A DNA stretch of 64,000 nucleotides from Antedon mediterranea (Eukaryota > Animalia > Echinodermata): assembly GCF_964355755.1 (NCBI RefSeq), contig NC_092672.1, forward strand, positions 2,232,001 through 2,296,000, given 5' to 3'. Within the stretch, counting starts at the first letter, position 1; each line of letters opens with the position of its first letter. The notes under the pieces are model-generated. The model was not told where the DNA came from. It did not search any database and saw nothing but the letters and a program-made list of their open reading frames with translations. This document shows positions 53,201 through 64,000 of this stretch, piece after piece. Position numbers and translations under genes: made by a program.

Positions 53201-54581
53201 TCAAAAATGACAATCGGGGATGTAGCTACAAAAATCCTAGGGTGGGTGCAAATAAGTTATGGATATAGTGGCAGGCTAGGTTATATTCATAGGTTGGTCC
53301 AAGGTCAAAATTAAGCCAGGCCAGTAGAACAACTGTTAAGTACACCTTTAGACTGAAGAGATGGTTTGTTGATATACTATCCAGTTAGATAAGGTATATA
53401 TTCTTATATAATGCATTTACATACTCAATGCCCTGAACAGAAAAATCACAAATCAAAAACATGAAAGGAGATATACATGAATGTAAAAGCACATACTTAA
53501 GCTCTGTCTACAGTCTCAAATTAGTTTGACAAAAAAATGGACACGATGAAGTCATATCACTGCCACTGTTTTTGTCAAACTAATTTGATAGTGTAGACAG
53601 AGCTTTAAAATTCCTAAACAATGTAAATCAACGTACCAATAGAATAAATATGTTTTCAAAGGGCATGTTACGTACGATCTCGTCGTTTTGAATTTGACAG
53701 GAAGCTTGGTTCAAAGTTTATTGAACAATTAATATACAGTAGGAGGACTAATGATTTTTGTACAAGCTCGGTAAGAGTATTATTTTATGATATCAGATTT
53801 TTCAGTTTAATGGTTTTCTTTCAAAATAGAACAAAAGAAGGCAGCAAAGTCTCAGCAGGATCTATCATCAAGAAAGTGTACAAGACAGAAGGTGTGCGGG
53901 GATTCTACCGCGGCGTAACCGCTTCCTACGCAGGCATCTCGGAAACCGCTATCCATTTCATGATTTACGAACAGATCAAAGTGTGGCTACGAGACGGCAA
54001 GACCGATTATGACAATAAAACATTCAAGGACTTTGTAAGTTTTATGGGGGCAGCAGCAGTTTCTAAGTCGAGCGCTTCAATACTTGCATACCCACATGGT
54101 AAGATTTTAATACAGTTTTATGATTGATTGATCATTTTAGGCAAACACCCACTTTAATTTAGTAACTAAGTACCATCTTTCACCCCTTGTAGCATGTTTC
54201 CTCCATTACTTCCTTATTATGTTGTCCACCCCTTAATAGAGGTTCTATTTTACTGTGGTCGTATTTTTCAAAAACATTATCTGATATACAGTCCTTATTT
54301 TAATATTAATTGGTTGATGTAGTATAATTTATATTCACACACTGAAGAAATATTTGCTAATTCTTTTTTTTTCCTAAACATTTGCAGAAGTCGCAAGAAC
54401 AAGATTACGAGAAGGTGGCGATAAATACCGAGGATTTTTTCAAACATTAAGAACAGTTGCGCATGAAGAGGGCGCTAGAGCCCTGTACTCCGGACTCACA
54501 ACGCACCTCGTGCGTCAAATTCCAAACACTGCTATTCTCATGGTGACATACGAATCAATCGTCTACCTTCTTAACTCATGA
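47205..54581 (+). CDS. SLC25A36: Mitochondrial pyrimidine nucleotide carrier SLC25A36/SLC25A33 (Rim2 family), 7 exons, 301 aa
   Basis: join(47205-47254, 48663-48809, 49541-49618, 50209-50309, 51245-51311, 53830-54098, 54388-54581); GT-AG, phases consistent. [80 protein letters not shown]. Confidence 0.95.
47691..48450. mobile_element. MULE-like MITE in SLC25A36 intron 1
   Basis: ~80-bp TIR CGCCGTGGTTAGGATTCCGGCACCGGAAC...GCGCATGCCCAGA; 9-bp TSD TATTAATTA. Confidence 0.85.
49820..49990. mobile_element. MITE family A copy
   Basis: Both TIRs, diverged. Confidence 0.8.
52131..52572. repeat. 7 x 63-bp minisatellite in SLC25A36 intron 5
   Basis: Unit TCTTACTAACAATAGTTGTACCCTAACACATCCCCTGTTTTACCCCTAATGTAATGCATCCCT; copies look identical by eye. 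Confidence 0.97.
53499..53605. mobile_element. MITE family A copy (internally deleted)
   Basis: Both TIRs; direct TTA flanks. Confidence 0.8.
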
Positions 54582-55542
54582 TTGGTTTAAACCTTAAAAC
54601 AACGCAAGTTAAATCGCTCAACGATGAAAGGAAAGGTGCAATCAAAATGTTTTAATAATGTTATCAGTGCAAGATTTTAAATTTGAAAGATTTTTGACAA
54701 GATTTCACATGATCTTATGAAGACACTTGTAATAACATGAATACTGTGGAGTTGACAAATGTGACATGAATTAATCATAATGGAGGATGCATATAACATG
54801 AATTATAACCATAATGGAGGATGCATATAACATTTATATCAGGTAGATGGTTCGTTAAATGGTATCTCACATGGACGACACATGTAACATTAATGATAAC
54901 GTTAAACATACATAAACTTCTGGGTCGTGTTCTTAGTTCAAGTCAACTGTTGACCAACTGGTGATCAATGTGATATGTAGCCTATGATTTATAAGTGGTT
55001 ACTGAACAATGAACAAATCGCATTTTAAATAGTTTATAAACTATTCAGACTTGAAATAGTTCAAGTGAAAGGTCATTCGTAAATGGCGCTAATTACGTGT
55101 TCATAATTCAAAAGACTGCCAGTTTGCATTGAACCATGGAATGACCCAGTTTAAGAACGATGTCATTTAACTATGCAACCAAATTGGTTTTGGATATATG
55201 AAGAATGGACACTGGTTACTAATACTACTAGTGGGTTGATGATATATATGAGAAAGTATGGGACAGAGTATATTTACTTCATAGGGAATATGGTATAGAA
55301 ATGGATATTATAATATTAAAAAATAACAAATGAATAAAGTATTGTACTGTACATGAAATGTATACAAAAAGGGCATATGATTAAAATATAATTGGTATTT
55401 TTAACATTGTACAATGTAAAAAAGTGTATACATGTTTGATTGCAGTTTTCTGCTTATAATTCCTCTAACATTAAAAAACGTTTTTATTGTTGCTTCCTAA
55501 TCAGTCTTGACATTAACCTAAAATGTATACAAGCACAGACTT

Positions 55543-55632
55543 AAGCTCTGTCTACACTATCAAACTAGTTTCACAAAAAAGTGTATTGCCCAAATACGAC
55601 AGTCATATTTCATTTGATAGTGTAGACGGCTT
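55543..55632. mobile_element. MITE family A copy (short)
   Basis: Left TIR intact, right TIR eroded. Confidence 0.75.
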
Positions 55633-55990
55633 GAAATGAAAACAAATATTGGACTGCCTGTTGCGGCAACACTGATATACTGTAATCTGCCTGTTGCGGC
55701 AACACTGATATACTGTATCATGCTTACATTGTACATACATTATGTAAATCAATAATACTGTGATACAGGCTAGATATTTTCTCGTATTTTCATCATAATT
55801 TAGTGAAGGTTATGAAATACTGTATACACTGATGAGTGATACTTCAAGCCTTTAGAGATGACGCATTATTGAGGGTCTTATTCATACTGTCTTATTTTGA
55901 AACTCGCTCACTATTAATATACTGCCATAGTTATGTCTAAACTAATGTACTTTGTGAACAGATCCACAAAGTATGGTGCAATCTATTCTA

Positions 55991-56096
55991 AAGCTCTATC
56001 CACACTATCAAACTAGTTTGACAAAAAAATTGTGATGTGCCCATGTGCACATCACATTTGTTTGTCGCATAAAGTTTGATAGTGTAGACAGAGCTT
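55991..56096. mobile_element. MITE family A copy (short, nearly palindromic)
   Basis: Both TIRs; direct TAA flanks. Confidence 0.85.
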
Positions 56097-57518
56097 AACT
56101 TCTAAGAACTAATGTATAGTAATTGATTTAAGTGCTGTACTATCATGTTTGATTTGTGCGGTTCTCATATTCAGTAATATTAACATTTTGTCTAGCTGAG
56201 TAATATCTTTACAATAATTCTGTATTCATTTGAATAGAGGTTGGTTTAAAAAAAAACAGTATTCGATTCTAATGGTGTTGTAGTACTACAATTTAATAAA
56301 CCCCTTTCAGGTTATAAATAGTTTTCTTACTAGGATTTCCTATGGATAAATTTCCAAATTATATGTTCTACTACTAAACATTTATACCTTTAAAAATATA
56401 CTTAAAAATTAAAATAATTATGTAAAGAGTTGTATAATGACATGGGAATTGAATATTTACTGTATTTCATTCATATCACAATCTTATTTGTTCTATTGAT
56501 CTGTCTAACAGATTATTTTGTTTAGTTATTTCTGATCAAACTGAAAATGACTGGTTATAATTTACTGTATATTTAATACAATTTTGTTTAGTGTTCATTT
56601 AAAAAAAAGTAAATTTGTTTTCATTTATCAATTTTAAAACTGAACAAATTTTAACCCCACCACAGGTTTTCTTTATTTGTTTTCTGTCATAATTATTAGT
56701 TGATAATATTAAGAAATATTGTATATTGCATCAATAAATGCCATAAACTGGTAAAACAAGTTTTTTTGTAGTTTCATAAAAACTGAAGAAACTAACCTAC
56801 CACAGGTTTCTTTTTTGTTGTCAGTAATAATTTTAGTTGATAATATTAAGAAAAAAATCAAAAATGTAATGAATTGGTAAAAAGACATGAGTTTTGTTGT
56901 AATTGTTTTAATGCCTTTGATGTAGTATCCAAATAATGATCCATGTGTACCAACAGTACTTGTATTTAGTGTAAATATGTATATATATATACTCTTTTAT
57001 TAATCATTTAAAAGAATATTAAAATTTATTAAATCAAATGTTTGGATCAAAGTCTTTTTATGAATGGTTATTATTCATATGTAGTGATGGTGTACTGGAC
57101 GTTAAGGTTAAGACAGTGGAACCGTAATTACAAATCTGAGCATTCAGACTAAAGGTAATATATAGCCAACAAACTCTACTATTTTTAAAAAGTTGTATAC
57201 CCTAACTAAAAGAAGACTGCATGATGGCGAGAGGGGGAAACGCTTGCCGATCAACTAGGTAGGCTATGAGAACAACTTAATGGTAAACTAGATAAAGTCC
57301 TAGAAAATCAAAAAAACTACAACAAAAGGCTTACCAAACTGAAAACAACTGTCAAAGATCTAGAAAAAAGTGTGGAATATGTGCATGATTCAACTAACAA
57401 AATGAAGGATGAAATAAAAAAAATTGGAAATGAAATCAAGAAAATGGAGGAGTATGAAAACAAAATGGCGGCTGCTACGTAATTTGTAATTACGTAGCCA
57501 TAACATCAGTAAGTGTTT

Positions 57519-57730
57519 GAGGCTCACTTGCTCCATGGTTCTGGTGGTAGACAGATTCTTCTCGGATAAGGACTATAAACCGTAGGTCTAGTCAAAGAAT
57601 ATATATTCTTTGGTCCAGTATACACACATAGCTCGTGTGCACTTTAAAGAACCCAGTAGGAGGTTTACTGGGTACCCTGATGTACTAGTAAACACACAGC
57701 CACTGATCATAACTGGGCTCTCTAGGAGAG
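57519..57730 (+). mobile_element. Deu/Nin-domain-like SINE
   Basis: CTCGGATAAGGACTATAAACCGTAGGTC...GCACTTTAAAGAACCC resembles the Nin/Deu central domain as I recall it. A fragment also lies at ~13735-13790. Confidence 0.6.
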
Positions 57731-59380
57731 GCTACACAATAAAAAGAAATAATAATAATACAGGCCTTCTTCTAGATAACTTAACCATTTGAAAAAGAAA
57801 AGATGTTTTTGGATATGCCACTGCTGCCATACTTATAAACACCTGACTAAGACAGTTTCATTCTCCACAACGTTAGGCCTACCGTAAAAACTTTGAAAAG
57901 AGGCAAGTTACTCGCTGTTGGATGCGTATGAAATCAAAAAAACTAAATTTATATCCATCAAAAACATTTTTTTATTTCTAGGCCTACTTGGGAAAACTAT
58001 ACCAAGATTGACTGGTCTGTCTCATGTGAACATAGTATGACTCAAAATCAAAAGGAAGTGGCCTAGCAAATAGCCCCGGCAAATAGCCTCCTAAAGTTAA
58101 TACATAATTGACATAATACATGCCTACATAAACTAATTCTGTGATCTTCGTGTCTGATGTATATTATGTCTATCGCTGAGCTTATGAAAGGTAAAGTAAA
58201 TTACTCACTTTAATGTCTAATTTGCATGAAGAAAGAATCTGAAAATTAGCCGGACTTTTTTTTCATAAAACATTCCAGTGATCTGATTGGTCAAAAGTCA
58301 ATGAAACAGACGACCGAAGCTTAAATTGCCCGAGTGGCGGTAGCTTTAACATTAAATAAATAATTAAGATTTTAATACAGTACTTTAAGCTTCAATACAA
58401 TTTTAACAAACGATTTTTTCATTTTTTTATTTAAATTTATAAGATTACATACAAGGTTTTTTATTAGACATTTTTAGGAAAGACTCGCATTTCCTTAAAA
58501 TTGAGAGAGGGCGCTAGACTGAAATTCTTCTTTATCACGCAGGCGGTGGCAGGTAGTTGGTGTACTGATTATAGAGAGGGCGCCAGACTGACATTTTTGT
58601 TTATCAGGCATGCGAGTACATTTATTTTATTTCAGATTAACAAACTTGATTTCAGGTTCAACAAACATATTAAAATGAAGCAAAATAAAAATTGTTCACA
58701 AGAAACTAAATGATACAAAATTTGAGACGAAACAAAGAATTTATCATTAAACCCAAAATATGTTTATGTTTTATGTAATTTCTTTATTTTATATATTTAT
58801 TCTTCGAACAAGAACAAGAGGTTGAAAAACAGAAAAACAAAAAAATATGCTTAAGCAAATCCCTGGTCCATTTGATTGTCATAGTGTAACAAAAATAATT
58901 TTACAATATTGTATAACTTCTCATTAAAAGTCTAAAATTGTTCAGGTCTTGGGGGCGTATCAATAGTCAGCATCACATAAACTTTCTTCATCATCAGTAC
59001 TTCCATCTCTGATCGGAAGGAGTAGCAATATTAGCAGACCACATCCAGTACAGTCCTGCTCAGGAAATTACTATCTCATTTAGTTAATACATAGATAAAG
59101 TTAAACATCAGACAACAAGACATATAATACATATAAAATATGGTTTCCATTAATACTTCATGCAACTAAACTATAACAAAATTAAATATTTAAAAATGAT
59201 TAATTTTCATTTTTGGGTATAAATGTTATGTACTGTACCTTTATCAGACAAGATAATAACTAGTCTATCTCAATATGAAATATATATAAATTCAACAATA
59301 TTTCTCCATGTCAAAGGCCATACAATAATCCCACAGAAATGGTTTGCTTTAGTAGGCCTATAAGACCAGTGTTGTATCCT

Positions 59381-59542
59381 CAGGTAACGTAACCAGGTAA
59401 CGTAACCAGGTAACGTAACCAGGTAACGTAACCAGGTAACGTAACCAGGTAACGTAACCAGGTAACGTAACCAGGTAACGTAACCAGGTAACGTAACCAG
59501 GTAACGTAACCAGGTAACGTAACCAGGTAACGTAACCAGGTA
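59381..59542. repeat. ~12.4 x 13-bp tandem repeat CAGGTAACGTAAC
   Basis: Perfect periodicity. Confidence 0.97.
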
Positions 59543-60165
59543 CAGATTGGGGAAAGACAAATAATACATGAACACCACAATGCAGTTTATATTTGCATAT
59601 TAATACATTTATAGCTATACTTATATTTTTATGTGCAGGCTTATTTATAAGAAAAACCTAACAATATTTTAAATTATCGTACGTAAAAATAATTTAACCA
59701 TGAAACTTCAATTTAACATAATTTAGTTGAAAAAATTTAAATACTGAAAAAGTTTAAAGGCACATTTTAAAATGAAATGATGAAACAGTAATTGCATATA
59801 CTATAGTCTGAAATATAGTTTATTTTTGTAGAAATAATATTTGGTCTTTCTTAAATGACCGATCAACTTTTCTAAATAAAACTGGAGCAGCTAGGTCATT
59901 GGTCCTGAATTATTATACAGATTTTGATTTTGTTTATTTATGATCATAGAAAAATATATTATGATGAACTTGTCTTATCAAAATACTGTTAACCATATAA
60001 AACTCTTCGTGGACTACCCTTTTTTTCTTTACATAATATTTATACAAACTGTCTTCATCCAAACATATTCAAATTTATCAAATTAGATATGCATGAATAA
60101 ATGCTCAGTGAAGCATATCAATACACTCATTCAAGCATGTCATTTGACCTGACTTGACACACTGT

Positions 60166-61031
60166 TTATTGTACTTTGAAAGCATTTTGTTTTTCTTTGA
60201 AAGCCTGCTTCCTTATTTTTGACTCTTCTTGTTCCCGTTTTCTTTCTTCTTGTTCTTCCCGGATTTCCTTCTCAAATTTATCGGATGCTGTTATTTGATG
60301 GATCTGAAACATTAAAAATAAAGGAAATTGTTTAAATTTTCGCGCTGCAATATATTCATTATGTAAATTTAGAACACTACGTTGATGAACTCTGACTGAC
60401 CTTTGCTTCAAAGAAGTCCTTAGCACCAGATACCCCACTCTCGTCTACGTCGATCTCCGTCAATTTCGCCAACTCACACAATCCACTATCTGCGTCCAAC
60501 TCACCCGCTGCAGCCTTCCTGAATATTAACAGAAACTTAAAAGAAAACGAGTTATGTTATATATTTTAAAATAAATTAAAGAACACATAAAAAGTAGTAA
60601 AGTAGCATTCAATATAATCTTTACTGCACAACCTTTCCAAAATTCAAATCAAACTTACTCTAAGGTCTACACTAACAAACTTTGTGACAAAAAAAAAATG
60701 TGATGTGCCCATATACATACATATCACTACCATATTTGGGCATATCACTACCATATTTGGGCATATCACTACCATATTTGGGCATATCACTACCATATTT
60801 GGGCATATCACTACCATATTTGGGCACATCACTACCATTATTTGGGCACATCACTACCATTATTTGGGCATGTATGTACATACTTCTCTGAAGTTGATCT
60901 TTGAGTCGAGATCTTCGTCAACCTCGTGTATCATTCCTTTAAGTGACATGTGAGTTTGAGGAGCTCCTAGTTTCTCCATCATCATCTTCAGCTCCATCAG
61001 GTCAATGAACTTATCGTTGCCAACATCATAC
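60166..61031 (-). CDS. EFHD2: EF-hand domain protein D / swiprosin, last three coding exons (exon 1 beyond the right edge)
   Basis: Exons (-): 60884-61031, 60401-60535, 60166-60303. YDVGNDKFIDLMELKMMMEKLGAPQTHMSLKGMIHEVDEDLDSKINFRE-FLLIFRKAAAGEL..DVDESGVSGAKDFFEAK-..KFEKEIREEQEERKRE..AFKE. Confidence 0.95.
60665..60870. mobile_element. Partial MITE family A copy with ~6 tandem 21-bp units abutting an EFHD splice donor
   Basis: GTCTACACTAACAAACTTTGTGAC followed by repeated CATATCACTACCATATTTGGG, ending ~12 bp from the donor at 60882-83. Confidence 0.85.
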
Positions 61032-61240
61032 CTTTCAATACAGAAAAACAAAATGTTATTTTTGATAAATCGCATTAAAATATAGACCCTCCGAGCACTG
61101 ACTGTTTTACATCTTTTGTTAGATAAATTCAAATTCCTTGGAAAAAATGCAACCAACAAACTATCATTTAAGATTGAAAAAAAATGACTGTATCTAATAA
61201 TAATATTAAGGAGATTCTCAAATACACACTGAACAGTATA

Positions 61241-61586
61241 AAGCTCTCTGTCTACACTATCAAACTAGTTTGACAAAAAAAAGTAGGATATGCCCAAATA
61301 TGGTAGTGATTAGTCTGGGTTCCAGACGGAGTTTTGTCTTAATATTAGTAAAAAGATAAATATTTTGGCACATATGGCGTTTCATACGTATACTACTTGA
61401 TTTTGGTATTTTCAGACAAAAATCGCGGTTGAAATAAAAACAAATAAATTAAAAAAAAGATAATACAGACTTGGGCAAGTCTAGGTAGTGATATGCCCAA
61501 ATATGGTAGTGATATGACATCATCATGTCCATATATGAGCATCACATTTTGTTGTCACATAAAGTAAGATAGTATAGACAGAGCTT
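61241..61586. mobile_element. MITE family A copy with nested 173-bp DNA element (61311-61483)
   Basis: Insert TAGTCTGGGTTCCAGAC...CAGACTTGGGCAAGTCTA flanked by 9-bp direct repeat GGTAGTGAT. Removing the insert and one repeat copy restores the MITE consensus. Confidence 0.82.
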
Positions 61587-62110
61587 TAGAATTTCAATTA
61601 CTAACTGGTAAATCAAAATATAATCTCATCTCATTTTATATCAACTGTTTCTGTGTAAGGGATAATTTGACATTTTCACATCCCCATCAAATTGACCTAG
61701 ATCACCTAGTTGCTATGGTAACTGTACACTTAATACTTTTTAAAGAGGTCTTGTGCACTTTGAGTGCTCTCAACTTTTATTTTTAGTAACTGTTTAATTT
61801 GAAGAGTTTTAATCCACAATATTTTGTAGATCAATTATTTTGTTTTTATTTCATACACATCCAACAGCGAGTAACTCGCCAATTACAGGATGGATAAACT
61901 ATTTTAGAATTTATCGTTCTTATAAACTAAGTCTCATTTGAGGCTTAGGGAGTGGAGTTTAATGAGTTGTGGGTTACAACCCTGGCACTAGGTCAGGATT
62001 GAACATAAAATGTAAAACAAAACAAATTGAGGCTGGTGTTAGAAATTCTAAATAAAGAATTTTATAGAAAATAAAAAAAAACTGGAAAAATAAAAATATT
62101 TCAAAAGGTA

Positions 62111-62219
62111 AAGCTCTGTCTACACTATCAAACTGGTTTGACAAAAAAAGTGTGATGTGCCCAAATATGGTAGTATATATGTCCATATATGGGCACCTCA
62201 CATTTTGTGAAAGAGCTTT
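62111..62219. mobile_element. MITE family A copy (short)
   Basis: Left TIR intact; right end AGAGCTT. Confidence 0.75.
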
Positions 62220-62556
62220 AAACTCTGAGGCTACTAACAAAAATAAATTTTTATGGCAAATTACTTTAAATAGTGAAACTAATATCAAACTTAGTCATGA
62301 GCTTACAGTGGTTACCCCGCAACTTATACAAAAATCAACATTTCCAAATTTAGAAATTTTGAAGGGAAAAAATGAATCATCAGCTGACATGTCGTAAACT
62401 GCAAGAAACAGAGCGATGACATTAGACAGGAAGTACAAGGAAACATTTACTTTCCTTGTAAAATGTAGAACAAAATCTACAAAAACAAATCAAAACTATG
62501 AACATCAAGGGGCAGATTTGTACTGTATATCACAGAATTTACTAACTGTGATTAAA

Positions 62557-62841
62557 CCCTTTGAAGATGTGAGGTTTCTACCCCAAGTGACTGAGGCTAA
62601 ATAAGGTATTTTTAATAGGTTTAGAAAAAATGCAAAAAACAATTCTATGACTGTAATTTTTTGCAATTGTTTTATTGTTATTTGAAATGTTTTGGCCTCG
62701 CCTTCCGAAAAATTCCTTTTGTTTTGTGGACCAAATGCTCAAAAAGTGCAATTCATTCACTCCAAATACAGACATATACGGGCTTCGTATCCTGGGACAG
62801 TAAAGTAACCCATATGGGATACGGGCCACGTCTGCAGAGGG
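62557..62841. mobile_element. piggyBac-like MITE
   Basis: TTAA(A)CCCTTTGAAGATGTG ... CACGTCTGCAGAGGG + TTAA. Confidence 0.55.
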
Positions 62842-63204
62842 TTAACAATGAGGAATACAGTATCCGTATTTTTTGGAGTGGCACGCCTAATTGGCGACAG
62901 AAGCTGTTGGCCTCTAGCTAATTGTTTGTATTTATGTCTGTATAACTGTGTTTGCCAAAATTAATAAAATAAAATAAAATAATAAAAAGTCAGTTTAAGC
63001 AAGGTCTTCTGTATGGGTCCCTTAAACAGACGTTCAATGAACATGTCAATTCTACGTACACTGTATATTTAAAAAATTATTATTTTTGATCATCAACCTA
63101 TTTTTACACTTTGTTTTCGATTTGCAACAATCTAATACGACCTGGACCACCTTACTACGCATATTGCAAGTAAATCTTAATGGGCTGGAATTTAACAGTA
63201 GTCA

Positions 63205-64000
63205 TTATTTATTTATTTATTTATATATTTCCTTTTATTGCATCAAGCAGTGATGAAGTTGACATAAATATAATAGTAAATATGTAAACACATAGTATAA
63301 CACAGTCCAAACAAGAAATACTAAAATATATCATAGTCCACAAATCAGTCTTTCAATGGCCATCATAGTACATCCAGTAACACAAACCAATAGAGGTTCA
63401 CAATTTGCTTATCATAACTCAGTTACTGATCATTCACCAATTATTGAAAACTCCGTGGAAAGTAATGAAGTTTTTTGTGCGTTGTGTCCGGACTTTGGGG
63501 AGGGTGAACGATCTAACGCGCCGGAGCTGATGGTTGTGTGTGGGAGGTTTAGGTAAGAGAGAGTGTAATATATGATCTTCTTTTTTCATTTTATCAAAGA
63601 ATTTTCTTGACAACTTCTCGCGGCGTTCAGATAGAGTGATGATGTTAAGGTATCTGCGGGTATCAGCATACGAGGTACCATCGGGGCATATTATGTTACA
63701 CGCTCTTCTTTGGACATGTTCGATTTGGTCAGATTGTGCTTTGGATAAACTCGGGGACCAAACAGCACAGGCATATTCGAGAACTGGTCGTATCACTGCT
63801 TGATAGTATCGGAGCAGTTCCAGTCTATCTAGGCCAGACCTCTTGAGTTGCTTAAGAAAAAACAACCTTGGTACAACGCGCTTAGTTAAACAGTCAACAT
63901 GCGTCTGCCACGACAATTTACGGTCAAGATTGACACCTAGTAACTTTGCATGCACAACACACTTGACTTCAGATCCATTCACAGTGATTGGGTCAAACTC
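63205..64000 (-). mobile_element. Non-LTR retrotransposon (CR1/L2 group): RT-downstream ORF2 region and 3' UTR, in EFHD intron 1
   Basis: ORF 63434-63982: KLLGVNLDRKLSW..RLFFLKQLKR..YQAVIRPVLEYACAVW..IEHVQRRA..HILHSLLP. AATAAA plus (TAAA)n tail at 63205-63240. Continues past the window edge. Confidence 0.92.

Noticed and set aside
58503-58610. Duplicated AGAGGGCGC as CTCF sites
   Set aside because: Lacks the 5' CC(A/G)C part of the CTCF core; probably a repeat subunit.
59270-59580. ORFs with YLVTLPGYVTWLR repeats
   Set aside because: Product of the 13-bp tandem repeat.

Overview
AT-rich, intron-rich animal genomic DNA, not prokaryotic. A marine invertebrate, plausibly an echinoderm, is an inference from gene style and a Deu/Nin-domain-like SINE. 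Splicing by hand (GT-AG, phases checked) gives five conserved genes. (1) First coding exon of ERK/MAPK1 (- strand, 6910-7028), missed by the ORF track; the rest of the gene lies left of the window. (2) A complete 18-exon KIF12-like kinesin (-, 11915-37266, ~1087 aa). (3) Elongin B (+, 3 exons, 119 aa). (4) A mitochondrial pyrimidine-nucleotide carrier, SLC25A36/33 (+, 7 exons, 301 aa). (5) The last three exons of swiprosin/EFHD (-). The rest is dense in non-autonomous transposons: about 20 copies of one MITE, plus pogo-, hAT-, Kolobok-, P-, MULE-, IS3EU-, piggyBac- and Helentron-like elements, SINEs, LINE fragments and minisatellites. Most notable: a three-level nested transposon containing a 2.76-kb foldback with ~970-bp near-identical arms just upstream of the SLC25A36 promoter; a P-like MITE between the ERK promoter motifs and its ATG; repeated secondary insertions at one spot of the dominant MITE's TIR; and satellites growing out of MITE interiors. 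I found no convincing novel protein-coding system. Superfamily labels rest on termini and TSD lengths only, without database searches.
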